From a virus (lineage: Duplodnaviria > Heunggongvirae > Uroviricota > Caudoviricetes), in the IMG/VR virus record IMGVR_UViG_3300028800_000057: 64,000 nucleotides of DNA; one strand, written 5' to 3'. The notes below the pieces were generated by a model. That model did no database searches. It was not told where the DNA came from and saw only the letters and a program-made list of their open reading frames with translations. Shown piece after piece: positions 38,544 to 47,815 of the stretch. Within the stretch, counting starts at the first letter, position 1, and each line of letters starts with the position of its first letter. The position numbers were made by a program, and so were the translations under genes.

Positions 38544-40481
38544 CTAGGTTGTAGCTGGCTTGTCAGTCTTCTTACCTATCATCTTGCCAACTGAGGATGC
38601 GATCTCGTTGACTGCGCCCATGGTCTTCTGAACAGTCTCGACCGTGGAGGCGTCTGCGCCGGCCAAGAACCCACCGAAGGCCTGGGAGAGGCCCATGCCC
38701 GCGTTGAAGTGCTGGGACATCTTGGCGACGTCCTCAGGGGTACCGTAGACGTTGGCTTGGATCTTTCCGTAGAACTGGGCAGTCGCTTTGGCCGACTCGA
38801 TTCTGACCAGGGCTTCTTGGGTGATTTGGAGTTTGGCCAACTCGAAGTTCTGAGCCGCCTCACCGTTGGCTGCACGAGCTTCTAGTTCAGGCTTGAGGAC
38901 CTCTTCAACTCGTTGCTTGTCGATCTGGACCTCGCGAGCCTTGACCTCGACAGGGACCATGGCCAGAGCTTTCTGACCCTCAGCAGCAGCTAGCAGCTTG
39001 GCTTTCTCACCGTCAGCTTGGGCAATGAGGGTTGCCTTGTTACCAGCGGCTTGAAGTTCTGCTGCTTTCGAATCTGCTGTTGCCTTCTTGGTTGTAGCTT
39101 CAGCATCCGCATCAGCCGATGCTTTGCGCGCCTCAGCCTCTTTCATGGTCCGATAGGCGCCGGCATCAGCGGTCCTCTGGGCGGTTACATAGTTCTTCTC
39201 AGCTTCACCTTGAGCCGCAATAACTGCCTTCTGCTTCTCTCGGTCTGCTGCAGCAACTACCTCTACCGTTTGGATATTCTGACGAGCCTTCTGTCGGTCA
39301 GCTTCAGCATCCGCTAAGAGGGCTTCCGCCTTGGCTTTCTCGGCTTCAGATCCAGCAATGGCTTTCTGTTGGTCCCGCTTGGCGACTTCCACCTTCTGTT
39401 CAGCAACCACGATGGCTTGCTGTTGCTGACGCTTGGCAACCTCGACGGCCTGTTCTTGAGAAACCTTGGCAAGGATTGTCTGTTGTGCGTTCTCGGTTGC
39501 AGCCACATCGATTTTCCGTTGAGCTTCGATCTGGCTTTGCTTACCAATGCGTTCCTGCTCAGCTTGAATTGAGAGTACTTGAGCCGACTGATTCGCTTCA
39601 GCCTCAGCTTGCTTCCTCTCCAGCTCTAGGATCTGAGTTCGTGTCTGAACGTCCTGATCCTTTCGAGCTTGCTCACCGGTGCGGACGATGGTGTTCCTCT
39701 CGGTGAGGTTCTTCTGAGTGATTTCCGCAATGGTTCTCAGCCCTTGGGCGTCGAAGATGTTATCATTTTTCAGGTTGGTAATATCGGTCTGATCCAACTT
39801 GGAGATGGTGACTGTTTCAAGGAGGAACCCGTTGTGCTTCAAGTCCGCAGTGACCCCCTCCACAACTTCCTTCAAGAACTCATCTCGGTCGCTGTTTAGT
39901 TGTTCTAGGGTCTTCTTGGCAGCACTCGTGCGCAGAGCTGATACCAGCTTGTCTTCAATGAGGGCCGCTACACTCGACTCATAGGACCGTCCGTCAGACT
40001 TTCTTTGTTGTTGAGAATTCACATTGACTTCGCTCATCTTGTCACCAAGGGAACGGGCTGCTGCTTTGATATCCTCATCCGAGGCTTGTACCCGAACGTA
40101 GAACTCAGCTTGGACGTCGGCGCGCAACTTATCACTGGTGATGAGAGCATCGGCCCCAATACGTTGTACTGGCAACTTGATGGTCTCAAGGGACACTCGA
40201 ACTATCTGGTGGATGACAGGGAGGATAACCTGACCACCATCTCGAATGACCTTCAACCCGCCCATGCCAGTCTTGACAAAGGCCTCACTTGCCTTTGTTT
40301 TGACATACAACTTGGTGATTACGAGAAGTGTTACGCAGATCAGAACCAGCGTGATTCCGCTGATAGTCATGATGACGGAGGACACCCCCGGTACATGGTG
40401 CGTTGTGAATGTGTTTACTGCTATTGGACTGGCAATTAGAGCTATCCCAAAGAGCAACAGAAAAAATAGACCTATACCCAT
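38544..40481 (-). CDS. flotillin-like SPFH/band-7 protein (YqiK-like) with N-terminal TM and long Ala/Glu/Lys/Gln coiled-coil
   Basis: TM helices, SPFH-like VIRDGGQVILPVIHQIVRVSLETI, extended EA-repeat coiled coil. Confidence 0.7.
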   Translation of the reverse strand: MGIGLFFLLLFGIALIASPIAVNTFTTHHVPGVSSVIMTISGITLVLICVTLLVITKLYVKTKASEAFVKTGMGGLKVIRDGGQVILPVIHQIVRVSLETIKLPVQRIGADALITSDKLRADVQAEFYVRVQASDEDIKAAARSLGDKMSEVNVNSQQQRKSDGRSYESSVAALIEDKLVSALRTSAAKKTLEQLNSDRDEFLKEVVEGVTADLKHNGFLLETVTISKLDQTDITNLKNDNIFDAQGLRTIAEITQKNLTERNTIVRTGEQARKDQDVQTRTQILELERKQAEAEANQSAQVLSIQAEQERIGKQSQIEAQRKIDVAATENAQQTILAKVSQEQAVEVAKRQQQQAIVVAEQKVEVAKRDQQKAIAGSEAEKAKAEALLADAEADRQKARQNIQTVEVVAAADREKQKAVIAAQGEAEKNYVTAQRTADAGAYRTMKEAEARKASADADAEATTKKATADSKAAELQAAGNKATLIAQADGEKAKLLAAAEGQKALAMVPVEVKAREVQIDKQRVEEVLKPELEARAANGEAAQNFELAKLQITQEALVRIESAKATAQFYGKIQANVYGTPEDVAKMSQHFNAGMGLSQAFGGFLAGADASTVETVQKTMGAVNEIASSVGKMIGKKTDKPATT

Positions 40482-40525
40482 TTTGATTTACATCTTTCCC
40501 CCTGCGAGAGCAGGGTTTAATAAAC

Positions 40526-41173
40526 TCACCCACCAATGGTGGGATCAACAACTATTGTGTACACATCAAGAGCTTCGTTGTATTCGAAGGTTAGAATTGG
40601 AGTGCCTTTGGCAATAGGCTTGTCCGACCTGCATTGGATTTGGTAGCGGTCCCCACTCCTATTCGTGATTTGAGCTACCCCACCAGTACTGTCACAAGCT
40701 AGGGTGACAGTTCCAATACACCCAATGAGGTCTACCTTCTTCACTGAATCGGTTTCAGTGGTGGGCATGAACTTACCCACGGTTCGACTCACGAAGGCAG
40801 TACCAAAGAACATCGTGATGGAGGCAACGGCTACTGAGATAAGAGCGAACCCACTCCACACCTTGATGAGTGCTCCGAGTATCGTGTTCATGCAGATCCC
40901 AGTACCTGCAAATATCAAGGACAGAGACATGAATGAGATGGCAAGTGGTACCCTCCCAAACCCTAGGAAGCCAAGTAACCAACTCCCCTGTCCCTCCCCA
41001 TCCTGATCCCCTTCAGCGTCATGATCCCCGTCTAGGTGAAAGTCACCGTGGATGTCCCCATGAACCCCTACGTCGTGACCAGCACCTGAAAACCCGACTC
41101 CAAGTACGGATAGTATTCCGATTGCCAGCGGGATGTAGAAGATCAGATTATACCACTTGAAAAAGTCAGACAT
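40526..41173 (-). CDS. NfeD-like membrane protein (YqiJ-like) with His-rich segment and C-terminal OB-fold
   Basis: TM segments, GHDVGVHGDIHGDFH, C-terminal PIAKGTPILTFEYNEALDVYTIV. Confidence 0.6.
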   Translation of the reverse strand: MSDFFKWYNLIFYIPLAIGILSVLGVGFSGAGHDVGVHGDIHGDFHLDGDHDAEGDQDGEGQGSWLLGFLGFGRVPLAISFMSLSLIFAGTGICMNTILGALIKVWSGFALISVAVASITMFFGTAFVSRTVGKFMPTTETDSVKKVDLIGCIGTVTLACDSTGGVAQITNRSGDRYQIQCRSDKPIAKGTPILTFEYNEALDVYTIVVDPTIGG

Positions 41174-41194
41174 TTACGGCTATTACACCGGTCG

Positions 41195-41222
41195 CCAACA
41201 ATCTTCAGAAAAAGATTGTTGG
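41195..41222. promoter_or_regulatory. perfect 11-bp-arm palindrome CCAACAATCTT-N6-AAGATTGTTGG between divergent genes
   Basis: direct inspection. Confidence 0.45.
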
Positions 41223-41240
41223 AAGGCGTAAGTAACCCCT

Positions 41241-41591
41241 ATGACTAAACTTCAGCCAGGTACCATCTTTGAAGACTCAGAGGGGTATCTCTTTTGGGTC
41301 CTCCTTGTTGACTCAGAGAGGAACCTTGTGTATGTGCAAGATGATCCACTACACGTACTCTCCCCATGTACTCGAGTGATTCGGATCTTCACTATCTGTG
41401 ATGCACTTGAGGATGAGTTCACAGTTCGAGACCCAACCTACGACGAGATGGGCCGGTTCCTTGGGGTGAACCGAACGACGTTCGTCGACTCCCATAACCT
41501 GGACACAATCCCGTCGCCCCCTAACCTAGAGAGCCTCAGACCAACCGCAGAGCATCCTTCAATCCTGGAGACATACTCGCAAAAAGCCTAG
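41241..41591 (+). CDS. hypothetical protein
   Basis: ORF. Confidence 0.4.
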   Translation: MTKLQPGTIFEDSEGYLFWVLLVDSERNLVYVQDDPLHVLSPCTRVIRIFTICDALEDEFTVRDPTYDEMGRFLGVNRTTFVDSHNLDTIPSPPNLESLRPTAEHPSILETYSQKA

Positions 41592-41946
41592 TATTGTACT
41601 CGTGGAATGATGTCGATGGATCAGTGATAACCGACTGATCTGCCCACTTCACAACACCAGCTTCTTTGGAACGCGGCTCCCCCTTCCAAGATCGAATTAG
41701 AAATGCCAAACAAGGGCGAGGCTCCCCACATTCTACTCGGTCCTTGTCTTCGAAGATAGGCTCACAGTGGATTACCTCGATCCCAGTCTCCTCCCATACT
41801 TCCCGTATGATAGCCTCCTCAGCTGTCTCGCCCGGGTCGATCTTCCCACCGGGTAGCCCAAAGTCGTCAGGGTTGTCTTTGCGCGATACTACAAGTATCT
41901 GACCCCTTTTGACAAATAATCCGGTTACCGAGAAAAGTTGGCTCAT
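41536..41946 (-). CDS. NUDIX hydrolase
   Basis: Nudix box GLPGGKIDPGETAEEAIIREVWEETGI. Confidence 0.75.
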   Translation of the reverse strand: MSQLFSVTGLFVKRGQILVVSRKDNPDDFGLPGGKIDPGETAEEAIIREVWEETGIEVIHCEPIFEDKDRVECGEPRPCLAFLIRSWKGEPRSKEAGVVKWADQSVITDPSTSFHEYNTRLFASMSPGLKDALRLV

Positions 41947-41947
41947 A

Positions 41948-42424
41948 TTAGTACAGCGGGCTCTTGTTTAGGTTAATTGTCACGTCTTGGAAGAGTATGG
42001 ATCCATTCTTCACAGAGGCAAAGTAGGCAAGAACCAAGATGTTCCTGTCTAGTCTGCGTAACCAGGCAGCTGCATGTTGCATATCTTCGATCTGTTTATT
42101 CTGGAGAGCTACTTTTCCCATACCACCGAAACGATACTGATAGTACCCGCAACCTGCATGGGCAATCAAGTGGATAGTATTGATCTTGTGCCCTTTGACA
42201 AGAAAAGAGGTTCCTGACCGGCAGGCCTCTGACTCAATAATCGAGGCTCCTACCATGTCCAGGAGCGCGGGTCCGCCGGGCATCGCCATCACATCGTACC
42301 GCTGACAACCGCTGTTCCTGAGTAGCTCAAAGATTGGTTTACTGAACCGGCCATCACTGCACTGAATGACTAGTGTATCAGGGTGATCCTCTTTGAACCC
42401 AGGTAGTGTGGTGAATTCGCTCAT
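41948..42424 (-). CDS. beta-carbonic-anhydrase-like protein (Cys-His-Cys zinc site pattern)
   Basis: IQCSDGRF and IAHAGCGYY resemble CSDSR / HxxCG. Confidence 0.35.
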   Translation of the reverse strand: MSEFTTLPGFKEDHPDTLVIQCSDGRFSKPIFELLRNSGCQRYDVMAMPGGPALLDMVGASIIESEACRSGTSFLVKGHKINTIHLIAHAGCGYYQYRFGGMGKVALQNKQIEDMQHAAAWLRRLDRNILVLAYFASVKNGSILFQDVTINLNKSPLY

Positions 42425-42519
42425 TTTAGTTGTCTTTCCTACTGAAGTTGCGGTACTTATCTACACCGGACCAAAATGTCTAGGACTTTCAATCTTTTCC
42501 TTGAAGATGGTGGCAGGAG

Positions 42520-43119
42520 ATGAAGGGTAGAATATTCGGGCTAACTGGTGGAATAGCTTGTGGAAAGAGCGTTATATCCAGACTATACCAGGATAACGGG
42601 GTCCGCATGGTGGATGCCGACGTGGTGGCTCGAGACGTAGTGGCCCCGGGCACCCCAGCGCTATCCCTCTTAGTGAGTAACTTTGGAAGGGACATTCTAC
42701 TCCCCGACGGGTCTCTTGATCGTCCGAGATTGGGGGCTTTGGTATTTACGGATTCAAAGAAGAGGGCCGTTCTTGACAACACCCTCCGTCGATACTTGAA
42801 TGACGAGATACGACTTCGCCTAAAGCAGGCCGTTGACCAATACCCACTGGTTGGGTTTGAGGCTCCCCTACTCATTGAACACGGGCACCACCTGGAGTTC
42901 AGACCCATAGTCGTTGTAGCAGTATCATCCGAGATACAACTACAACGATTGATGGACAGAGATGGGTTCAACGAGCAAGAGGCGCTCGCGCGCATCAGCT
43001 CTCAGCTTCCAATCAGTGACAAAGTCAAACTTGCAGACTATGTACTGTGGAACGAAGGATCTAAGGACGAACTTTACAAGGAAGCACTACACGTGCTCTC
43101 CAAGATCAAGTTCCCCTAA
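42520..43119 (+). CDS. coaE: dephospho-CoA kinase
   Basis: GLTGGIACGKS P-loop, VDADVVARDVVAPG. Confidence 0.8.
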   Translation: MKGRIFGLTGGIACGKSVISRLYQDNGVRMVDADVVARDVVAPGTPALSLLVSNFGRDILLPDGSLDRPRLGALVFTDSKKRAVLDNTLRRYLNDEIRLRLKQAVDQYPLVGFEAPLLIEHGHHLEFRPIVVVAVSSEIQLQRLMDRDGFNEQEALARISSQLPISDKVKLADYVLWNEGSKDELYKEALHVLSKIKFP

Positions 43120-43120
43120 G

Positions 43121-43390
43121 TCAGTACCCGTCATCCTCACGACGTCGGCGCCCACCACCCCCGCTACTCTTCTTCTTGGGTCCGAAGTCATCCTCGGGAA
43201 AAGATGTGACACCACTGGGTGCTGGCGCTGGTAGACCCTCTTTCTGTGCCTTCTTGATATCCCTGCATGGTTTACATCGGCGGGGATCTGTGAAGTTCAT
43301 TCGAGAGAAGAACTCCTGGTCCTTTGACCTAAATACAAAGTCTTTTCCACAATCGCAGCAATTAAGGGTCTTATCTTCGAAGTCTGACAT
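43121..43390 (-). CDS. zinc-ribbon protein with Gly/Arg-rich tail
   Basis: CCDCG...CKPC. Confidence 0.45.
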   Translation of the reverse strand: MSDFEDKTLNCCDCGKDFVFRSKDQEFFSRMNFTDPRRCKPCRDIKKAQKEGLPAPAPSGVTSFPEDDFGPKKKSSGGGGRRRREDDGY

Positions 43391-43584
43391 GTTTGGGGAA
43401 TGGTTTCGTTGATTCAGTTCGGGTTCACAGGTCAGCCAGAATAGCCGCCTTCTAATCCTACACCGGTCAACCTCACTGAAGGATTATTAGGTGAGAGCAT
43501 GTACCATCATGTAAACCATAAATTATCAATAACCCCTAAAGTGGTGTACTGAAAAGCCGTTACTAGTGTAAGAAGGGAGGGAAC

Positions 43585-43995
43585 ATGACAGGGAACATGC
43601 TTATAGTTGAGGACGAGCCAGTACTCAGGAGTACTTTCACCCGTATTCTCAAGTCATTAGGACTGACTGTTACAGCGGTGGGGTCGGTGACAGAAGCCAA
43701 GAAGGCATTCCAGGGTGGAGTATTTTCTTTGGTGATGTCCGACATGATGCTACCTGACGGGACAGGGCGGGACTTTCACTCTTGGGTGACTGAGAACTTT
43801 CCTGACCACCATCACAGGTTTTTCTTCTGTTCAGGGAGCATGAGTGCGGACCTGAGAGAGTATGTCGACTCGAATGACTGCAAGCTACTTGCAAAGCCAC
43901 TGGATCTCTCAGCCCTAATTGCGGCTATCGGAGAGAATTGTGATGCCCCTCAAACCAATAGAAGATCTGCTAATGCAGATGGGGTTCTGTCCTGA
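43585..43995 (+). CDS. stand-alone response-regulator receiver (REC) domain protein
   Basis: MLIVEDEPVLR ... VMSDMMLPDGTG. Confidence 0.6.
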   Translation: MTGNMLIVEDEPVLRSTFTRILKSLGLTVTAVGSVTEAKKAFQGGVFSLVMSDMMLPDGTGRDFHSWVTENFPDHHHRFFFCSGSMSADLREYVDSNDCKLLAKPLDLSALIAAIGENCDAPQTNRRSANADGVLS

Positions 43996-44386
43996 GGACT
44001 TCGATTCGATTCGAAGGGCGCGTACTCGAGAAGAAGCTACTCAGAAACTTGAGTCCCTGAAAGCACGCTTCAAGAAAGAACTCCGGAAGAAGATACCGGA
44101 CCTTCACCCCGACCGGACCCGTGGGGACCCCAAGAAGACCATCCAATTTCGTCTTCTACTCGACTTTGCGCGCGAGTTGGAAGATACTCAAATCCCTCAG
44201 GTGGTGGTACCCCCGCGTGTCATGGTCTACGAGGTAACCTTCCACAACCCAATCCCTAGGACTCGTAGTAAGAATGCATGGGCGGGGCTCCCAGATGAGA
44301 TTAGGACTAAGGTGACTTCGACCGCTCCAGCAACTACAGTGGCCGGAATGAGACCATCCGGTGTCGTTAGTACTCGTGGAAGATAG
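43919..44386 (+). CDS. hypothetical protein
   Basis: ORF. Confidence 0.35.
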   Translation: MRLSERIVMPLKPIEDLLMQMGFCPEDFDSIRRARTREEATQKLESLKARFKKELRKKIPDLHPDRTRGDPKKTIQFRLLLDFARELEDTQIPQVVVPPRVMVYEVTFHNPIPRTRSKNAWAGLPDEIRTKVTSTAPATTVAGMRPSGVVSTRGR

Positions 44387-44756
44387 CCCGCAACGACCGG
44401 TGGCTCCCATACCGCTTCCGGACTTGTCCCATTTGACCCAGGCAGAGCTTTCTGCCCTTCGTGGGTACCTGACTACAAAAAGCAAGGAGGCCCGGAAGGA
44501 AGCCACCAAGGTAATCGGGAAGGATCATAAGGTTCGAGATCTCTGGCTGAAGACCCTCGGCCTCAAGAGCGATGCAACCCCAGAAGAGCGGGCTGCCGTC
44601 GAGACCCCGTTCTACGAAGAAATTCTACGTCAACCCGAGGCTTTCGTGTTATATGCTTGGGCCAACGGGCTCGCTACTCTGGATAGGCATGTATGGGAAA
44701 CAATGCTAGACCGATCAAAGGTGACGACAGAAAAGAAACCACTATCGAAACGTTGA
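44361..44756 (+). CDS. hypothetical protein
   Basis: ORF. Confidence 0.35.
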   Translation: MSLVLVEDSPQRPVAPIPLPDLSHLTQAELSALRGYLTTKSKEARKEATKVIGKDHKVRDLWLKTLGLKSDATPEERAAVETPFYEEILRQPEAFVLYAWANGLATLDRHVWETMLDRSKVTTEKKPLSKR

Positions 44757-45142
44757 AGAGGCTTGGGCCCAGCGCTTCAGACCTTACCTTGCTCCAGATC
44801 TTGGATCAAGAGAGGAATCTTTTCTCCTTGGCTAGCAAGGAGATCATGCATTTCCTTGTCGACGAGCTAATTCGTCGAAAGGTCTACCCGGAGGATACGC
44901 CTGAAGGTAACCCGAACTCCGTGTTCACTATGGTCGAGGGCTGGGGCGCCTACTGGCATGTCTGGAAGGGGACCTTGGAGTGCCCTCACTGCAAAGCTGA
45001 CCTACGAGATCACAAGATGGGTCCTCCTGGTCTCAGGCAAATTGGAGTAGTAGACAGGGGCTTGGACAAGATCACCCACTGGGTTTGCCCTGATTGCAAG
45101 GGGACGTGGGGTCGTGAGTTCACGCTAACGAAACAGGGATAG
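44693..45142 (+). CDS. hypothetical zinc-binding protein
   Basis: CPHCK...CPDCKG. Confidence 0.4.
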   Translation: MGNNARPIKGDDRKETTIETLKRLGPSASDLTLLQILDQERNLFSLASKEIMHFLVDELIRRKVYPEDTPEGNPNSVFTMVEGWGAYWHVWKGTLECPHCKADLRDHKMGPPGLRQIGVVDRGLDKITHWVCPDCKGTWGREFTLTKQG

Positions 45143-45578
45143 TGTACACGGTCTTCCCGGCTTTTCTTGCGTAGGTGATGGCTTGCCCAGTACCTGACTT
45201 GAAGTTGCCGTTGAAGAACGCTACTACAAAGGTCCCTCGGTCCACTAGGTACTCATTCCGCTTCTTGTAGCTCAAGTAGTGATCGTCCTCAGTAATTGGT
45301 TCCTGAAGTTCGATGACCAAGTCTGCGCGTCGAGTCCAGTTCCTAGTCGAGAGGGGTTGTCTATCGACGGTGTCCGGAACCACTACGATGAGTTTAGGCC
45401 TGATACCTTCTCGGTAGTGAAGGGCTGCCTTGAGAAATTCTGTGTCCACCCCACTTGCACCACCAAGGTAGACTTCGTCAATACTTAGGTTCATAAGCAA
45501 GGTAGCGGCTGCAGTCCACACCCGTTTCGTACTCTTGGGGCCAATAGTACGGTGACCCGTGATAGCAGCCGATTTCAT
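45120..45578 (-). CDS. YpsA-like SLOG-family (DUF1273) nucleotide-binding protein
   Basis: ITGHR, GGASGVDTEF, VVVPDTV, YKKRNEYLVDRGT, FFNG..GTGQAITYARKAGKTVY parallel YpsA motifs. Confidence 0.65.
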   Translation of the reverse strand: MKSAAITGHRTIGPKSTKRVWTAAATLLMNLSIDEVYLGGASGVDTEFLKAALHYREGIRPKLIVVVPDTVDRQPLSTRNWTRRADLVIELQEPITEDDHYLSYKKRNEYLVDRGTFVVAFFNGNFKSGTGQAITYARKAGKTVYTIPVSLA

Positions 45579-46075
45579 AGGTCGTAGATGAAGACTGGAA
45601 GATCACCCATTGTCTCTTGGATCAGAGGTTCTACCTGATCCCACTTTCCACCAGCGAGTCCACACCCAATCCTCGGGGCGTGAATAGTGGAGCCCTTCGA
45701 GCGAGCGCTCTCTGCTACCTTGGTCAAGCAAGTTCGAAGTGCATCGTATCGAAGCGGTGATGGACCTGGGTCCTCTTCAACCGCGTGCTGTAGACTTCCA
45801 GCCCTCCCATAACCAACCTGGGCAATCATGTTGGCGACCCAGAGACCAGGACCGACCAAAGCCCAGCCAACATTACCGAGGGCGAAGTCACCAGATCTAG
45901 TGTTGTGCCCTTCCTTGTACCACTTCCGGTACTGCCCTTCCGGTTCGGTCCAGCGCTTGGATAACGCCAACACGAAGCCCTTTCCCCAACCGCCCCTATC
46001 ATTGCAAATATGCATAATGATTCTAGATTCACTCGGTTGTGGACGAGTAGCGTCACCCTGCAAGTAAGTGATCAA
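45575..46075 (-). CDS. macro-domain protein (ADP-ribose binding/hydrolase fold)
   Basis: GDAT...IIMHICNDRGGWGKG resembles macro GD..D..AIVNAAN..L..GGGV. Confidence 0.55.
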   Translation of the reverse strand: MITYLQGDATRPQPSESRIIMHICNDRGGWGKGFVLALSKRWTEPEGQYRKWYKEGHNTRSGDFALGNVGWALVGPGLWVANMIAQVGYGRAGSLQHAVEEDPGPSPLRYDALRTCLTKVAESARSKGSTIHAPRIGCGLAGGKWDQVEPLIQETMGDLPVFIYDL

Positions 46076-46159
46076 TGCGCCTCCGATCTCTTGGTACTCT
46101 ACGTTTCTATTCCGCGCAAGCTATCAACGTCAAGCCGAGTAACTTTCTATAACCTATGA

Positions 46160-46591
46160 CTATTTTTTCTCTGGGTGGCATAAGTTACGAATGACTCTCT
46201 CGTGTCGGGTGGGGACGCACTCGCGAGGGGACCCAGTCTTACTCTTCAGGTGTGGCATCTCTCGGAGCAGCTGGTCAAGTACTTCTTGGTGGCCTGCCTC
46301 GGCCTTCTCCCATGTCGAATAACGCCACTGGGCCTGATCCATAGTTCCTCCGAATACCATGGTCTCAAATAGGAGTGGCTCGGCTCCGTCCATCCAGCGG
46401 TGATTGATGCCCATGAGGAAAGTAGTTGATACAAGGATCTCCTCGGTCCCAGAAAGATACTCATCCTTTCGTACTCTTCGAACTCCATGATCAGGATCTT
46501 GTACAATCCACTCAAGGCATTCGATAGAGCTGACGGGGACCGCCGTCTTTCCCTCGAGTTTGAAGAAACGACACATCGAGGGAAGATACAC
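46160..46591 (-). CDS. hypothetical protein with C-terminal TRHERVIRNL tail
   Basis: ORF; tail family. Confidence 0.45.
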   Translation of the reverse strand: MYLPSMCRFFKLEGKTAVPVSSIECLEWIVQDPDHGVRRVRKDEYLSGTEEILVSTTFLMGINHRWMDGAEPLLFETMVFGGTMDQAQWRYSTWEKAEAGHQEVLDQLLREMPHLKSKTGSPRECVPTRHERVIRNLCHPEKK

Positions 46592-46721
46592 CGTTGACAG
46601 AACTAGGACAACTGATTATCCTGGGTGGCATGTCGAAGTATACGTAGATTTCTTCAGCTCGCGGCCCGCCGCCTCATGTTCGTTTTTCAAATAACTTTGA
46701 AACGACTAGGAGGTTAGTGCG

Positions 46722-47189
46722 ATGCATACCGTGATAAAGAAACTACGAACAGATTTAGTCAAGAGTATCCAAGACACTTTGGAGATCAGTAGAAAGATCC
46801 AAAGCCTCAAGTGGAAAGATGGATCGTTACCCGAGGTGCAGCGTCTTCGCTCCGCCAAGAACGAGCAGGGGCAGAGGGTCAACGGAAGTCGATCCCTAAA
46901 GCCTTACCTTCGCCCCGAGACCGGCGATGAGCGAAACCGTCTCTGGACGAAGAAAAGGAGCCTTGGCTTCACGACTCGTGATTACTTGCTCCTTTGGGCT
47001 ATGCTTCGAGGGCGCGCGTACAAGAGTGTTGAAGCTAAATGCAAAGAGGATAACTATCCGAGTACCTACGGGATGGCCTGTATCCTCGAAGGGTACTTTT
47101 CGGACACCAGGTGTCCGATTGGAGCTGACGAGATCAACGAGTGGGTCAAGGGTGGTGCTGCTCCCCAACTCATTGAGGTGGCTGCCTAG
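46722..47189 (+). CDS. hypothetical protein
   Basis: ORF. Confidence 0.4.
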   Translation: MHTVIKKLRTDLVKSIQDTLEISRKIQSLKWKDGSLPEVQRLRSAKNEQGQRVNGSRSLKPYLRPETGDERNRLWTKKRSLGFTTRDYLLLWAMLRGRAYKSVEAKCKEDNYPSTYGMACILEGYFSDTRCPIGADEINEWVKGGAAPQLIEVAA

Positions 47190-47659
47190 TGTCCAGCATC
47201 CAAGTAGAGCTAGACAAGCTCAACAAGGAAGCCGTCGAGAAGACGGCTGAGGCAGAGAGGCTAGTACGGCTATCTGCTATGTTTCCAGATCTACAAAAGC
47301 ATGTGGGTCGATGGAACAAGGTGGCCTACTACTCAGTATCAGTGAACTCGAAAGTTGAAAGGTTTGACCTTCGACATAACTGCGGGTGTTGCTCTGACAG
47401 TCCTTTGGAGGTTTGGCCTTACTTGGAAACTCCGGAGGGTAATGTATACTCTGACCCACCGAGCTTTCAAGTTGGGGAAAAGCATTACCTAGGGGGTGAC
47501 AGGCCCTACCCTAAGTGGAGGGAGAAGCTCCAAGCGGCTGGGATCCCTGAGGTGGTTATCGGGGCAATCTCGATGCACTTCCAAGTGGACAAAGATGCTC
47601 GGGTTCAGGCTGCCTACGAGGATGATGAGGTTCCTGAAGACCCTGATCCACTCGTCTGA
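47189..47659 (+). CDS. hypothetical protein
   Basis: ORF. Confidence 0.4.
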   Translation: MSSIQVELDKLNKEAVEKTAEAERLVRLSAMFPDLQKHVGRWNKVAYYSVSVNSKVERFDLRHNCGCCSDSPLEVWPYLETPEGNVYSDPPSFQVGEKHYLGGDRPYPKWREKLQAAGIPEVVIGAISMHFQVDKDARVQAAYEDDEVPEDPDPLV

Positions 47660-47815
47660 TCTTCGTGCTTGGCTGTGATCTCAGGCTTACCCAAGCACGA
47701 ATCACACACGTGTACTCCGGTTCGACTCGCTTCAATCACGCTCGGATGAAGTGGGTCGAACCAGGAGGCCCAATGACACTTCGAGCATTCAAGTTCAACG
47801 GTCCCTCTCGGACGG

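Noticed and set aside
38579-39984. Several alternative-frame ORFs within the flotillin gene region
   Set aside because: They are repetitive coiled-coil codons that stay open in other frames. The SPFH/coiled-coil frame is clearly the real one.
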